Assembly (NCBI GenBank): GCA_036172245.1
Contig: JAYWIR010000063.1
Span: 124,001 to 188,000 of the forward strand
DNA: 64,000 bases
DNA from: Raillietiella orientalis
Taxonomy: Eukaryota
Direction of reading: 5' to 3'
The notes under the pieces: generated by a model
Told to the model about the DNA's origin: nothing
The model's database searches: none
Seen by the model: the letters and a program-made list of their open reading frames with translations, nothing else
Part shown: one piece after another, positions 10,535-22,507 of the stretch
How positions within the stretch are numbered: position 1 is the stretch's first letter
Layout: each line of letters begins with the position of its first letter
Made by a program: the position numbers and the translations under genes

Positions 10535-13296
10535 GTTTGTTTTGTGTGTGTGTCTGTGTGTAAGTACAAATATGCAAATGAAATTATAAAAATTGCTCAC
10601 GTTTGCAACTTCAATGCATCGGTGTGAAGGGGGGCGTCGGCCTTTTCTTATCGACCGCCATTTATGCAGCTGAGCACCGTGCGCAGTGCAAGCGGCAGTC
10701 GCTAAGCAACCGGACGAGGATTGTTGCGATTCCCGCGCGCAGCGGCTCCTGGGCAGCCCGAGAGTCGCGCAGCGTCACCGCGGGACGGGCCTAGCGACGG
10801 AGGGAGGGGGAGGAGATGCGGCGGCTGAGGGGCCGCGCCTCCAGGGAGACCCCACCTTCCTTCTCAAGTTTGCCGTTGCCCCCCCCCCCCTTCCTTTCCG
10901 ACACGTACGCGGCGATGGGGACCATCTCACCCTGAACGCCATTCCCAGACGGACGTCCCACTTCGTCCCCTCCTCCGCCTCGCCCACCCACCAGGGAGCC
11001 CTCTCCCCCGACGCCCCTACGAGACAGCTCGACACGCTCGGGGCTCCCGAGATCGGCTACCTCTCTCGAGCTCCTCGCCGCCGAAGGTTCCGGAGAAGCG
11101 CTCGCGAGTGCCGAGAACGTCGGCGCCGCCTCCCCAGTCGACGGGAGCGGACGCGAGCACGCTGGCAGCGCACGGGGGGGAGGGGGAGGGAGAGATGCCC
11201 GCGCTCGCCGCGGAGCAGCGCGCCTCTTGCGCGGGGGCGGACCGGGGCGGCTTCCAAAAGGGAACTCTCCCCCTCCTCCCCCCGCCGTTCCCTGCGCTTC
11301 GCTGCGGCGAACGGGAGTGAGTAGCCGAGCGTTCCTCTCGTCGGCAAGCGAGCGGCGCCCTACTACTGCTCTCCGCCGTGGGTCCTCGCCCTGTCCTCTG
11401 AATTGCAGCCCATTTCCTTTCAGGAGTGCGGGGCACGGGCACCCAAGGCGGCCGGCCGCGGCTCCGCTCCGCGACCCCCATCCTCACAGCTGTCAGGTGA
11501 CGCCGACGTAGGGAGCGCTGGAGGCGAGCCGCCAACGGACGACCACGCCCCAGCCGAGCGGCGCAGCTTGCCCAACGAACGTCCCGCGGGCCTGCCCAGG
11601 GAAGCCGAACCAACCGCTCCCCCGGGCTCGCGGGCCGGAGCTGAACCCGGAGCAGGGATCTGCCCGGCGTGAAAGGTCAGGATCGGATAATAAAGAAAAT
11701 CCCTCGCAGCCTGCTCACGTGACTCCACTGTTGGGGGTGAATCGGGGGCCTCCCATTTTCGAAGGCAGCGCCGCGCGCGCGTGTGCGCCATCTCCTCGAA
11801 ACAGCTCCTCTCCGAAAATAGAAACGCGCGCTGTTGGACCCTTTGGTGAATCTGCCTCCCCCCCCCCCCCCCGCGGGGCTAGGCGGATCCCGGCGCTGCC
11901 GCACACGTTGTTGCCCTGAAGATGTGCCGGTCCCAGACGGAGGGAGGGGGGGAGGGAGATGATGGGATCGCGGAATCGTCGCCGTCCCCCTCCCCCGTGA
12001 CCGCACGATTCACTCGACCGCCTGCTGCCCGAACGGCGGCGCTGTGGGCACTCCTTAGTGGGGCGGCAGCAGCACGGGAAGCTTTGCGACCATCTCTTGC
12101 GCTGGCAGGACTTCCGGATCCGTTCTCTGGGTTTCCTTTCATAGATCCAGCATCCTTTTTCTTGTTTCCCAGCCCCGCCCCATCCTTTTTTCCAACCCTT
12201 TTACCCTCTCTTTTTTTTCTATAGTTCGATTGGGGAGGGGGGGGGAGTCCAGAGGCTGCCATGAAGACGCACTTGAGCTCTCGGCGGCAAGAGTACCCCC
12301 CAGAGGTTCCAGAAAGGGACGTGGAGGATTACGTAGCGTCACCAGAGGAACTCTTAGCAGCTCGGTGTATAGCGTACTTGTACATGTACACTCCTTTCCT
12401 CTTTGAACCTGCGTCCTCGTCTGGCCTCTTCTCTTTCTCCCCGCTTCTGCACGGGACCTCGTGGGTTTCTCCCGGCCCCCTCCCGCACACGCACGCCGGG
12501 ACAGCCAGGATTCCTCTCTTTTCCAGTCTGTCCGAAAGAGCACCATCCGTCTCCCAGGAGACAGTTCTCGTTAGCCCTGACGATGAATATGCGCCTTCCA
12601 GAGACCTCGGAGTCCGCACAGCAGCCTCTCCGCGGGCCAGAAACCTCCCCCTCCTCGGAGAGACGACGGGTCGCAGACGACGACTACGAGCCCCACAATT
12701 CTTGCAGGAGGAGATGCCCTTCCGTTCCCCCCCCCTTCCTCTCTCTCTTCTCTTCTCCTCTCCTCTCGCCCGAGTAGCACCCTTCCTCGAGGAAGGCAGC
12801 GAAGAGACCGCGCGCAACGCTCTTCTTCCGCCGGGAACGCTCGGGACAGGGCCGGTTGCGAGCGTGGGCGTTCGCGGGGCCCCTCCTGCAGGAGGGAAGA
12901 GGGGGGGGGGTCTGTCCCCCGCTGCTGGCAAGAGCCCGCTCGTCTTCAGCCGGCGCACCCACCGCCCCTGCGCACTCCCCTACGACTGCGATCGCGTGAG
13001 CCACTTTCCTACTTAAAATAGAGCTCGTTCGCGACGCCCCTGACTGCTGCCGCGTCCCGCCCCGCACAGCATTGCCACGCAACCCAGATGGAGGAGATTA
13101 CTCGGGAAACGTAGCTCTGCCTCTGATACTTCTCTCTTTTTTCTGTGTGCGTGTTTTTTTTTTTTTTTTTTTCCCCCTCCCTTTCTTCCCTCCCCTTCCT
13201 CCTCCTCTCCCCCCCCCCTTCCTTCCGCTTCTTTTTTATTTTTTTTGTTTGTTTGTTTTCGTTTGGTTGTTTTATTCCGGGACACACGCCGGAAAC

Positions 13297-13384
13297 ATGA
13301 AAAGGAAATTGGTGAGCGTCGTTTCTAGAAGAGGATCTTCTGTGCACGTGGCGGCGGAGTTCGAGGTGTTCGGCGTCGTTCAAG
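13297..13384 (+). CDS. Acylphosphatase-like protein, probable exon 1
   Basis: MKRKLVSVVSRRGSSVHVAAEFEVFGVVQG followed by donor G|GTGAGA. The EFEVFGxVQG motif is the acylphosphatase N-terminal strand and phosphate loop. The phase-1 end matches the exon at 22508. The true start codon is uncertain. Confidence 0.7.
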
Positions 13385-13601
13385 GTGAGAGCATCCCTTC
13401 TTTTCTACTTGTGCAGCCCCATGGATGCATGCTGACTTTCAGGATTCATTCTCCTCGCAGCCGTCTTTTCCTCTTCTCTTCTCTCCCACCTTATTTTTTT
13501 TTTTTTTTTTTTTACTTTCTTGTCCTTTTTCTCTTTCCCTCGTTGTCTTTTTCGCACCGGCCGCAGGGGCGCTCACGTGAGCCGCCGCGCGAAAACGCAT
13601 T

Positions 13602-13615
13602 GTTGCCAGGGAAAC
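13602..13615. promoter_or_regulatory. RFX X-box-like motif (copy 1 of duplicated module)
   Basis: GTTGCCAGGGAAAC versus the X-box palindrome GTTGCCATGGCAAC. Preceded by an E-box (CACGTG). Confidence 0.4.
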
Positions 13616-14462
13616 GGGCGTCGCGTCGGCCCGGCTGGCCTCCCTGCGAAGCGGGCGAGCGAGGGAGGGGGCAAAAGGGGGAAAGAACGGCAGGGCAGCA
13701 GCCCGCGGGACGAAAGTCGGTCGCTTCCCCTGGCGGAAACGGCCGAGACGAGAGCGGTCCCTCCTCCTCCTCATGACCCTGCAGGACGGCAGCCGGCGCC
13801 ACCGAGTTCCAAACCCGAAAGAGCGAGTCGCAGGAGGGGCGCCCCGCCCCGCCCGCCCGCCGGCTGTTCCGAGGTCAAATAGAGAGGTTTCTTGCATTGC
13901 GTGCGGGCGACGCGCCCGGTGGCACCCGTGGCTCCGCCTTTTTTTTTTTTTTTACTTCTGGGGATGGGGGAAGCAGAACGGCGCAAACGACCAAGCCAAG
14001 GGGTTCAGTTGACGGACCACCCCGCCTGTGGCGCGGTCGCAACGCAACCAAGAGCCGTCTTTTCTCGAGTCCGGGCCGCGGCTCCGATGACGCCTGCTCG
14101 AAGGAGGAGAGTTTTCGCCCGCATCCCACGCACCCCAACAAGCCAGGAGAGTCCTCTAAGGTGAACAGGGAAGCGGTCGATGTTCACCGGCGACGGTCGT
14201 GGTTGCTGGGAAGTGGTTTCTCCACGCTTGCACCGCCAGTGCTGCCACTGCGTGGTGGCGGCACCACTGGCGCATCGACCCGAACGAGCTCAGTTTGCTT
14301 TACCAGCGAACGACGGCTCGCAGTCGCCAGCATTTTTTTCTTCTTCTTCTTCTTTCCAGTCGCTGCTGTTTTGCCTTTCTTTTCCGTTGAGAAGAAAGCA
14401 ACGCTCGCCGCGTAGGCGCGGCAGCCGGGGCGGTCCCGTGAGCCGCCGCGCGGAAACGCACC

Positions 14463-14476
14463 GTTGCCCGGGAAAC
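14463..14476. promoter_or_regulatory. RFX X-box-like motif (copy 2 of duplicated module)
   Basis: GTTGCCCGGGAAAC within a ~60 bp direct repeat of 13567-13629. Confidence 0.4.
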
Positions 14477-16429
14477 GGAACGCATCGGAGGCGCCCAACA
14501 GCGTCGGCGACGACTGCGCGATCCGACCGGAATTTCGCTCGTCTTCTGGTCGCTGGACCGGCGAGCGTTCGTCCCGAGCTTCCGGAAGGGCTGCGCCAAG
14601 TGCCCGCCCGATCCGAGCCATCGGGGAGCCGACTTTGGTCTCGCGCGCGCGCGCCGCACCGGCATGTTCGAATGAGGAGGCGTCGCGCAACCGGAAGCGT
14701 CGGGCTGCGTGCGGGAGCATCTCCTCCTCCTCCCGGGGAAATCCTTTCGCTCCTGCTCCTCGTCCTCCTCGCGGTGGACGAGGATTCCGCCTGAGGGCGG
14801 CAAGGGGAGCCGCACCAGCGCCAGCAGCGACCTCCCGAGAGAGACAGGCACGCGGACCTCTCGCAAGGTGGGAGCAATGACGAGCCAGCGTTGCCACGGG
14901 AGCCGTTTCCCCCGGAGCGTGGCGCGGCAGCGGCGAGGAGAGTACGGGCTGGCTCCTGCGAGCGGCGCGTCCCGGAACGGCGGCTTTCGCTCTCGGAATA
15001 AGAATGCGCATCTCTCCTTTCACAGCCCGCTGGGATGCTCGGAGATCCTGGAGCGCGGAGCGCGGTCGTCAGGGGCAGCCATGTGAGGAGCAGCCATAAT
15101 TCTCCGCAAACGAAGCGGTGCTATTTCTGGATCTATCTCTGGAATGATCCCGGCGGAAGATCTTAAGGACCGCCCTCGAGATGCGTGCGCAGGGAGGATC
15201 CGGTTGTCCCCGTCCGGACTGCCGGAAGACGTCCGAGTCGCGAGAGATCGAACGCCGGTGGGGAGCTTGTGGCGCCGCACACGCGGGAAAGTGACCTTTC
15301 CGGGGAAGGACGCCACGGAGAGTGAGGTGGGCCCGAAGCTGCCTGGGAGGACCCACGTCCCGGAAGCAGCTCTCGCGGCGGGGTGCATGACGGGCACGCG
15401 TTCGGAATGGACGCGCCGTTGCCTTGGATACGGCGGGGCTGGCGGCACGCGTCACGCAAACTGTCCGACGCGTGCCCGACGGCCGCCAAATCCATTTCTT
15501 CCAAAAATCCCCTTCCGTCTGCATTCCAAAGCGAAGGCCCGCGAGGGGGGGGGGACGCCGACCGTTTTTTTGCCAAGCAACGGGGAAGAGGCAGGACTGA
15601 GGCGAACGACGCGCTCGGACTCGCAAATCCGACTGGCCTCTTTCGCAACCGGATGCGCATTCCGAGAGGATGTTGCCGGCGGCGACGGATGGCACACGTG
15701 CTCGGTGCGCCACCGCCGAGACGCTGGCAGCAACCTGCGTTCCCGTCCTCCCATTGGTCGAGAACGAGCCGTGAAGACTGAAGAAGCTCCCGTTAGCTGT
15801 GGTGCACGTCTGCCGGGCAGTAAGGAACCGCTCGCGCTGCCGCGACGCCCGACGCCACAGTCAATCCCGGGAAACGGCCGCTGCTCGACTTTTACTGCTG
15901 CCGGCGGCGGCGCCGGTCGCTCTGGCGCCCTGCGGCCACCGCAGGAGCGGGGCTTCGAGGCTGCGTGCGACGTAGTGCCGAGCGAAGCTTCGCCTCGGCG
16001 GTCCCGTCTTCCGGAAGCAAGTGGAGCTACCAGCCCCCCACCCCACCCCCTTCCTCCTGCTGGAGGTGGCGCGAGTCTCCACCGAGACTGGCAGAACTCC
16101 CGCGAGCACCAATGCGAAAGAAGGATGCGGACCTCGTCCCCAGAGGGCGGCAGCTGGCGAAGGCGCACCTCGAAAGGTTCACCCAAATTCACCATTTCGA
16201 ACCCAACTGCTGCAGGGACGCGTCTTGGGCATCACCCGCTGAAAGCTCAAGCGACCTTCGGAGCATCCTGCGGAAGGAGGGAGGATGCCCCGCGAAGTCG
16301 CGACTGCAGCCTTCTCGCAACTCTTCGCTTTGGGCCTCGCGTGACGCATCTTTGCTCTCCAAGAGGATGGCAGTCGGAAGGTCTTCTGAGACTCACAACA
16401 CGTACGTTCACATGGGCACCTACAGCCGC

Positions 16430-17150
16430 CTACCAACCTATATCCATCTATCTATTAACCACTATCTGTCTATGACTTATACCCATTTATCAACCTATAT
16501 CTGTCTACCTATCCATCCCAAGCTATCTAGCTACCGATCTAAGTTTCTGTTTATATCTATTTGTCTATCTATGTATATCTGTATCTATCTAGGTATTGAT
16601 CGATCAATATCTGTTTACCTATATCTATCTAACTGTATCTATCTACATCTATCTAGCCATCTATCTTATCGATCTATGCATATCTTTATATGTATACATG
16701 TCTATATGTATATCAAGTCTCGTACGCTTGGTTCGCAGTCGACAGCATTCGTAAACGAAATGGAAAGTGCACCGAGCGTTTCACTCGTCTGCCGAGTTGG
16801 ACTTTTTTTTTTTCCTTGAACACGCGCAGGTGGGCTGCTGCGTTTCAGGGATGGGATAAATTCTGGAATCAACGAATCAACGATGGATATGTATATCTTT
16901 ATGTAAAGATACATATCGTTGATTGTAAATATATATATATATATATACACATAAAGATATGCATCGATAGATAGATACGCAGACACTTAGATAGATATGG
17001 ATAAACAGATATTGATCGATCGATCGATAGACAGATATGGATATACATGGATAGATAGGTATAAACAGAAAAAATAGCCGATGCTTGCTTCTCCCGGAAC
17101 ATATGTGTGCACACATATGTTCCGGGAGAATGTGTATATATGTGTGAGCT
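16430..17150. repeat. AT-rich low-complexity island (TATC/GATA/TA) containing a ~130-150 bp imperfect inverted repeat and a 42-bp perfect palindrome
   Basis: Arms 16544-16696 and 16944-17071 are diverged reverse complements (shared GATCGATCAATATCTGTTTA, ATGCATATCTTTAT). Palindrome at 17089-17130. Confidence 0.85.
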
Positions 17151-17879
17151 CTTGTGAGCTGTCGGTTCACCGCAGTGGTTTCCCGTGCTGTCTCCGGCAT
17201 GGATGCTTTCGATTCACAACAGCAGCCACCCACGCCCTAGCCCTTGGAGCGGGTGCTCCAAGGGAAATTCCGGCGCTGCTGCTGCTCTTCTCCCGCCAGC
17301 CCGGCGTCCGCGGGGCCGTCCCGACCGCACAGCCCTCTCGGGCTCGCCGCCGCCCCGTTGTGACCTCCCGGTCCCTCTTTGGAAGGAAGGAGCTGACGCA
17401 GCTGCATCACTGCTGCAGGCAGCGCAGCGCTTTGGTGCTTGCAGCAGCCCCGCAGTCCCAGGCAACATCACACGAAGGCGTCTCCCGGAAGTAGAGCGGA
17501 ACCTTTGCTGGCAACGCCAAGGAAAGTCGCTGCTGCCTCCGGGGTCCTCCTCGGGTGGAACCGGGGAGCGTTCCGCTTCCGCTCCTGGCGGAGGCTTCCA
17601 GAAGAGCACTGGCGAGCGAGCTCTCGAAGGCGCTCCGGGAGGTCAATTCTCCGTCCTTCCTCCTGCACTCCGTCGGTGCGCCGCCTCCCCTTGTCTTCGC
17701 GTCGGACGCATTCGACTGCCCCCGAAACTCCGCATCCCTTCCACCTTCTTCCCGGGAGGGCGAGCCTCAAGCAGCGCCAGATGAACCACTGTCCACTTCG
17801 ACAGGGAGCGCCTCCGGGTGGTCGGCTCAGACCCGCAGCAGCGGCCTTCCGGGAACACGTCCCGAGAAGGCAGAAGAGG

Positions 17880-18350
17880 AAAGTGGTGACCACTGACGAA
17901 GTGGCGCTCGAAGGTCCTCGTTGGCGGCGTCAGGAGGCGCGGGTTCGAATTCCTCTCGGAGAAGCGTCGACCGCCGCCGAGAGCGGGAGGTGCGCCGTGA
18001 TTTCCGAGTTACATCGCAGGATGGCGCTGGTCGACCTTGGCTGACTTCGGGGGTGGCCACTGACGAAAGTCGGAAACCCCCGTTGTCTGGCCTCCGGGAG
18101 TGGAAGATGACCATCCGGGGTCCCTCCAGGAGTGAAGGAGCAGGTTCCCTTTGAAGTCCCTCTCCGCTTGTGAACATGGAGACGACCTCGGAGCTGGTCG
18201 ATACTCTCCCTCGGAGGGTCGCCTCTCCAGAGTGCGAGAAGCTCATCGCTCCCTCCCGAGAGCAGCGGCCCTTCAGGGAAAATGGGAAGCGTCCCTCCGG
18301 AGTTCTTTTCAGAGGAGGAAACAAGGAGAGGATCCTTTCCGAGATCCTCT
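17880..18350 (+). mobile_element. tRNA-headed SINE-like repeat (copy B)
   Basis: B-box-like GGTTCGAATTCC at 17942-17953. Body TGGTCGATACTCTCCCTCGGAGGGTCGCCTCTCCAGAGTG...CCCTTCAGGGAAAATGGGAAGCGTCCCT aligns with 62850-62950. Confidence 0.65.
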
Positions 18351-21300
18351 GGGAGTGTCAACCAGCGCCTGCTTTTCGACGCTTTGCCCTCCGGAGTGGA
18401 CGGGAACGTTTGACCACGTCCCTCTTCTTCCCGGAAGACCTCCCGAGGACTTTCTCCAGGCGCCTCTTCTTCACGGCGACCGCAGTCTGGCTGCTGCTGC
18501 CGACAAACCACACCTTCTCCGCCTTCTCGTTCCCGAGGGTCACAGCGAGATGACAGCCCCTGAGGGCGCAACAAGGAGGAACTCGGGCCGGCATCCCCCA
18601 CCTGCAGCATGTGACGTGGGGTCCACGCCTGGAATCAGCACAAGACGTGGATGCTGCTGCACCGTTCCCTCGAACAGAATGGGGGGAGGGAGACTGTTGC
18701 CGTGGCGGGCGGCAACGGGAGCAGAGCGGTGTCGGAACACGGATTGGGTGGCGCTCGCTCGCTGCTGCTGCTTCGCCAGTGTTCTCCGCGGGGATCGCGA
18801 GAGGCCACGCATCGTTGACCCGCGAGCCGGCCGCGCCGCTGCATCTTGGAGCGCCTCCGACAACCACCCTCCCCTTCCACGGACACCCCGCCTGGAATCC
18901 GTTGGTCCTTGGGGATGAGGAAGATCCCATTCGCCGGAAGGGAACTCACTGCTGCTGCAGGAGGAGTTGCTGGGTCAGGAAGTCGAAGGAGAGCGCCGGG
19001 TGGACGCAGCAGGTTCCCTCCAGAACCCGGTCGGGGGCAGCTTTCTCGGTCCTGCCGAGCTCGGCCGACCACGAGGTGTTTCAGAGGGCGTCGCATTCCC
19101 ACGCGCTTCTGCGGGCAGGCGTTCACGTCCGCCGTCGCCCTCGAAGGCCATTCGTCCCGGGACATCAGCTCTTGCTTGTTCTACTTGTGGGGAAGAAGCT
19201 GTTCCCCGAAAATGCCTGAAACTCTTTGTCTAAGCCGAAGCTGTTGCGCGGTGAAGGCGAGGCAAGGAAGGTGGGAATGGGCAGGAACTTTGGTCGCAGA
19301 GACCGCAGACAGGAGGAGGCAAACGGGCTGAGAGGAACCTCGTTGCTCGGAAACAACCCTCTGGAAGTCTGCGGCCTCTCATCTTGGGACTGTGGTGCGC
19401 TCCAGAGCGGTCAAGCGTTACCCGGGAGCCTGACCGAATCAGACCGGATCATCTCCTTGATTTAGTGAAAAGAATGTGTACGCACACATCACGATTACCG
19501 TACCGTCTCGATTCCACTTCGTTCTGGTTTAAGCGCAATTACAGCAGACTTCCGCAAAACACGGTTTCGTATAACGCGCAGGCGGTAGTCCTCTTACAAC
19601 GCGGTGAATCGTCCCCCGTACGCCGCCGATAAACTTTGTGATCCTGGTTGAACGCACGATCCAAGAGAGTTCATCCAAAATTTCCGCGAATGGAACGGCA
19701 CGAGGCACATTCCTCAGGAACGAGGATGATGGAGCTGAAAGCGTAAAGTTGTTTGGTTGTCTTTTCTAAACGTGCAACCCACAGGGCCCGTATAACGAGT
19801 AAGGGGTTCCCGCGCGGTACGAATTTCGTACTGGGCGGGAACGTATCCCCCGCGTTGTATGGGTGCCCACGGTACGCGGGAATCGAAGGGATGATGAATA
19901 CGTTTTGCGGAGAAACGGGGGAAATTCGGAAGAAAAGCCCTCAGATCACGGATGCTGCGAAAGGGCACTTGGAACACGGCATCCGCGACAGTTTCCCGCG
20001 ACGCACGTCTCGAGATTTCGTCGGACGACCTCCGCTGACAATCCGTCGGAGCATCGAAAGTTCACGACTCCTGAGAAAGCAGTGAAGTGAACAGTCGTCA
20101 ACCACCCGTCAGGAGTAACCGATGTCCAGTCATCGCAGTTCTCCGTCTTCAAAGAGCAGCAACGGAGACAAATGGCACCTGTAATGGGTGTTCCCTAAGG
20201 GGCGTATCCTGACAAACGTGCATTCCTCGCTTCACATTCCAGAGAACGGCCGAAGCGGTGTTCTTGTGGGAGGGGTGCGGCGTCGACGCAGGTTCACACA
20301 CATCCCCCCCCACTCGCCAGCCTGCATCTTTCCGCTTCCGCGCGCTTTCCGAAGTTTCTCACCCGAGCCCACCCAAACGTGCACCCGAGCTCTGCTGCTC
20401 GTGGGGACGCCTCTCAGCGTTTGGTCCTGTCCACACGGTGCAGTCCCCATCCGTCATCCTCCCAGCTAAATCGCCCTCATCACTGCTTAATCGCACGCAT
20501 TTACAACCTCGTTTTCCTGAGGAGAAGAGAGGAGGGAACGCGTTTTGGCAATCGTGGCCGCTGGGATGTCCTTTACGCGGTGCCGTGGCAGGCAACTGGC
20601 TGAGCTCCAGGCACAGGCGATCTCAAGAGCCTGCCACGAGGACGTGAGGGGATGAAAACGACCACTTTCTGACTCCGTGGTTCGCGTAAATCGCGCTCAC
20701 GATCAAAGACACCATTTTCTTCTCTTCCTTCTTTCCTTCCTCCCTCCCTCCCTTCCTTTATTCTTTCTTGCTTTTCCTTTTTCTTGATGTGCGGAGCTCA
20801 GTAGGTGCGACGGCGCACGGAGCGAATAGGCGCAGCAAAAATGCCGTTCGTGACGTGGTCACTGAGCGGAGCTCCTCCAAGTCAATTGGAGTGCGCAAAA
20901 GTCATGTGCATCTCCTGAAGCGACGTCGTATGCCAACAACAACAGCATCCTAAATACAGACCCTCTTGCCGGGAGCGAAATCCAACTACTTTCGTAACCA
21001 AAAACAGAGCTGATCCTGAGTTTCAGTTTTCCTTGAACGTGCTGCAGAATGCTCGAAGGGCTTCTCTAGCCACCTTCGGAAACGGTATCCCTCGGCTTCT
21101 CATAATGCGCATCTTTTAGGTTGCTGTTTCCAAACAGGATCGATTTGCAACCCGTTTGCAGCGAGCCACCAGTGAGACAAATGGGGTCGCTCGCCGCCGC
21201 GATGCACTCTGACCTAAGATGAGTGCACCCTCAGCACACGACCGAAGGGTGCCGAGACAAGACGGCACGCAACATTTCCGTGTCACATCGTTAAGGAAGT

Positions 21301-22424
21301 TTTCGTGATGGACGCGGCACGCGTTCTTCGTGTGACGTCACGAAGGGAGTTCCTGTCTTCCGGGAGCGGGTTCTCCGGGAGCCTTCCCGTGTCGGTTCGT
21401 TTCCGTAGGTCGAGGGGCACCATGCTGGCGGTGGCGGAACGAAAGCTTCTGCGGAGCTCCTCCGCAAACCTGCGAATCACGCACGCTCCATCGAAGTTCG
21501 AAGGTGCAAGGAAAGGTGGCGCTCGCGAGGGAGAAACCGATTGATGCCAAGACAGTGGAATCCGAGAAAGGTCCCGCAGTCGAACCAGAAGAACCCTTCC
21601 GACCTGTTTTCATCCTTGGCTGCATCGTTGATTTTCCTTTCCCTTTCCTCCCCCCCCCCCCCACACACACCCTCTCTGAGAGGAGAAAGAAGGCCCACGT
21701 GAAATCGCAAGCCACGCGAACACCAAGTGGTCCAATCGAGCAGCATTCTGTGGATAGGCTCTAAGGGGCTCCGTGAAAGAAGGCACCCGCTATCCGACCT
21801 AAGGAGCAGTCTGGAATTCTGCGCATATGGCTACTCTGGTCCCCAGCTTGCGAGCTACGCCCTGCTGAGAACCGCCGGCTCGGAGACCCCTAGGGAAGAA
21901 CTCTCTTTGCCGTAAACGTACCGCTTGTAGTTTGGATTGCTGCCACCTAGGACGATGTTCTTCGTGATCCAAAACTCGAGTGGCAGCCTGTATTACTTGA
22001 ACCGAACGATTGTCTCGCGGGCATCCATCAACTTTCATGACTGCGAAGCGTGGAGACCACTAAATTTAGTTCCGGCATCATTATTTTTAACCACGAAAAC
22101 ACGAGATTGGCGTTCGGGCTTGCAGGAGGAGTGGTGATCTGTGTGGAATTCGCGCATCCTCTTCTCTGGGAGTCGGCCTGCTTACGGCGAGCAATGGGTA
22201 CGTGTGACCTTTTCGTCCTGCGTGAAGGCTTGACGAGTGCGGAAGGAAAGACGTCACATTACCCCTCCCTGCTTAGAGAGTGAACGGATATATCGACGAG
22301 ATCGACGAAATCACGTCATCAAGATGCGGTACCAGTATAATCGAGATCGTACCGATGCTCCCGTCGTGAACGCACCTTCTTGATAAATCGGTTGCTACGG
22401 ACTTTCCTTTTGCCTTTCGTTATT

Positions 22425-22462
22425 TTGTTGTTGTTGCTGTTGCTGCTGCTGTTGTTGTTGTT
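22425..22462. repeat. (TGT/TGC)n trinucleotide microsatellite
   Basis: ttgttgttgttgctgttgctgctgctgttgttgttgtt seen directly. Confidence 0.85.
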
Positions 22463-22507
22463 ATTAAGAAATTCAAGCCATGACAACTGAGATTTCTTTT
22501 TGCTGAG

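Noticed and set aside
12225..12420. Protein-like segment EYPPEVPERDVEDYVASPEELLAARCIAYLYMYTPFLFEP after a strong acceptor
   Set aside because: Could be a real exon, but I found no family match or consistent neighbouring exons.
15144..16475. 443-aa ORF
   Set aside because: No domain, GC-biased composition, and it ends in microsatellite DNA.
19538..19920. Possible pogo/Tigger-like terminus (TACAGCAGACTTCCG...TATAACGCG)
   Set aside because: No matching inverted terminus or transposase found.
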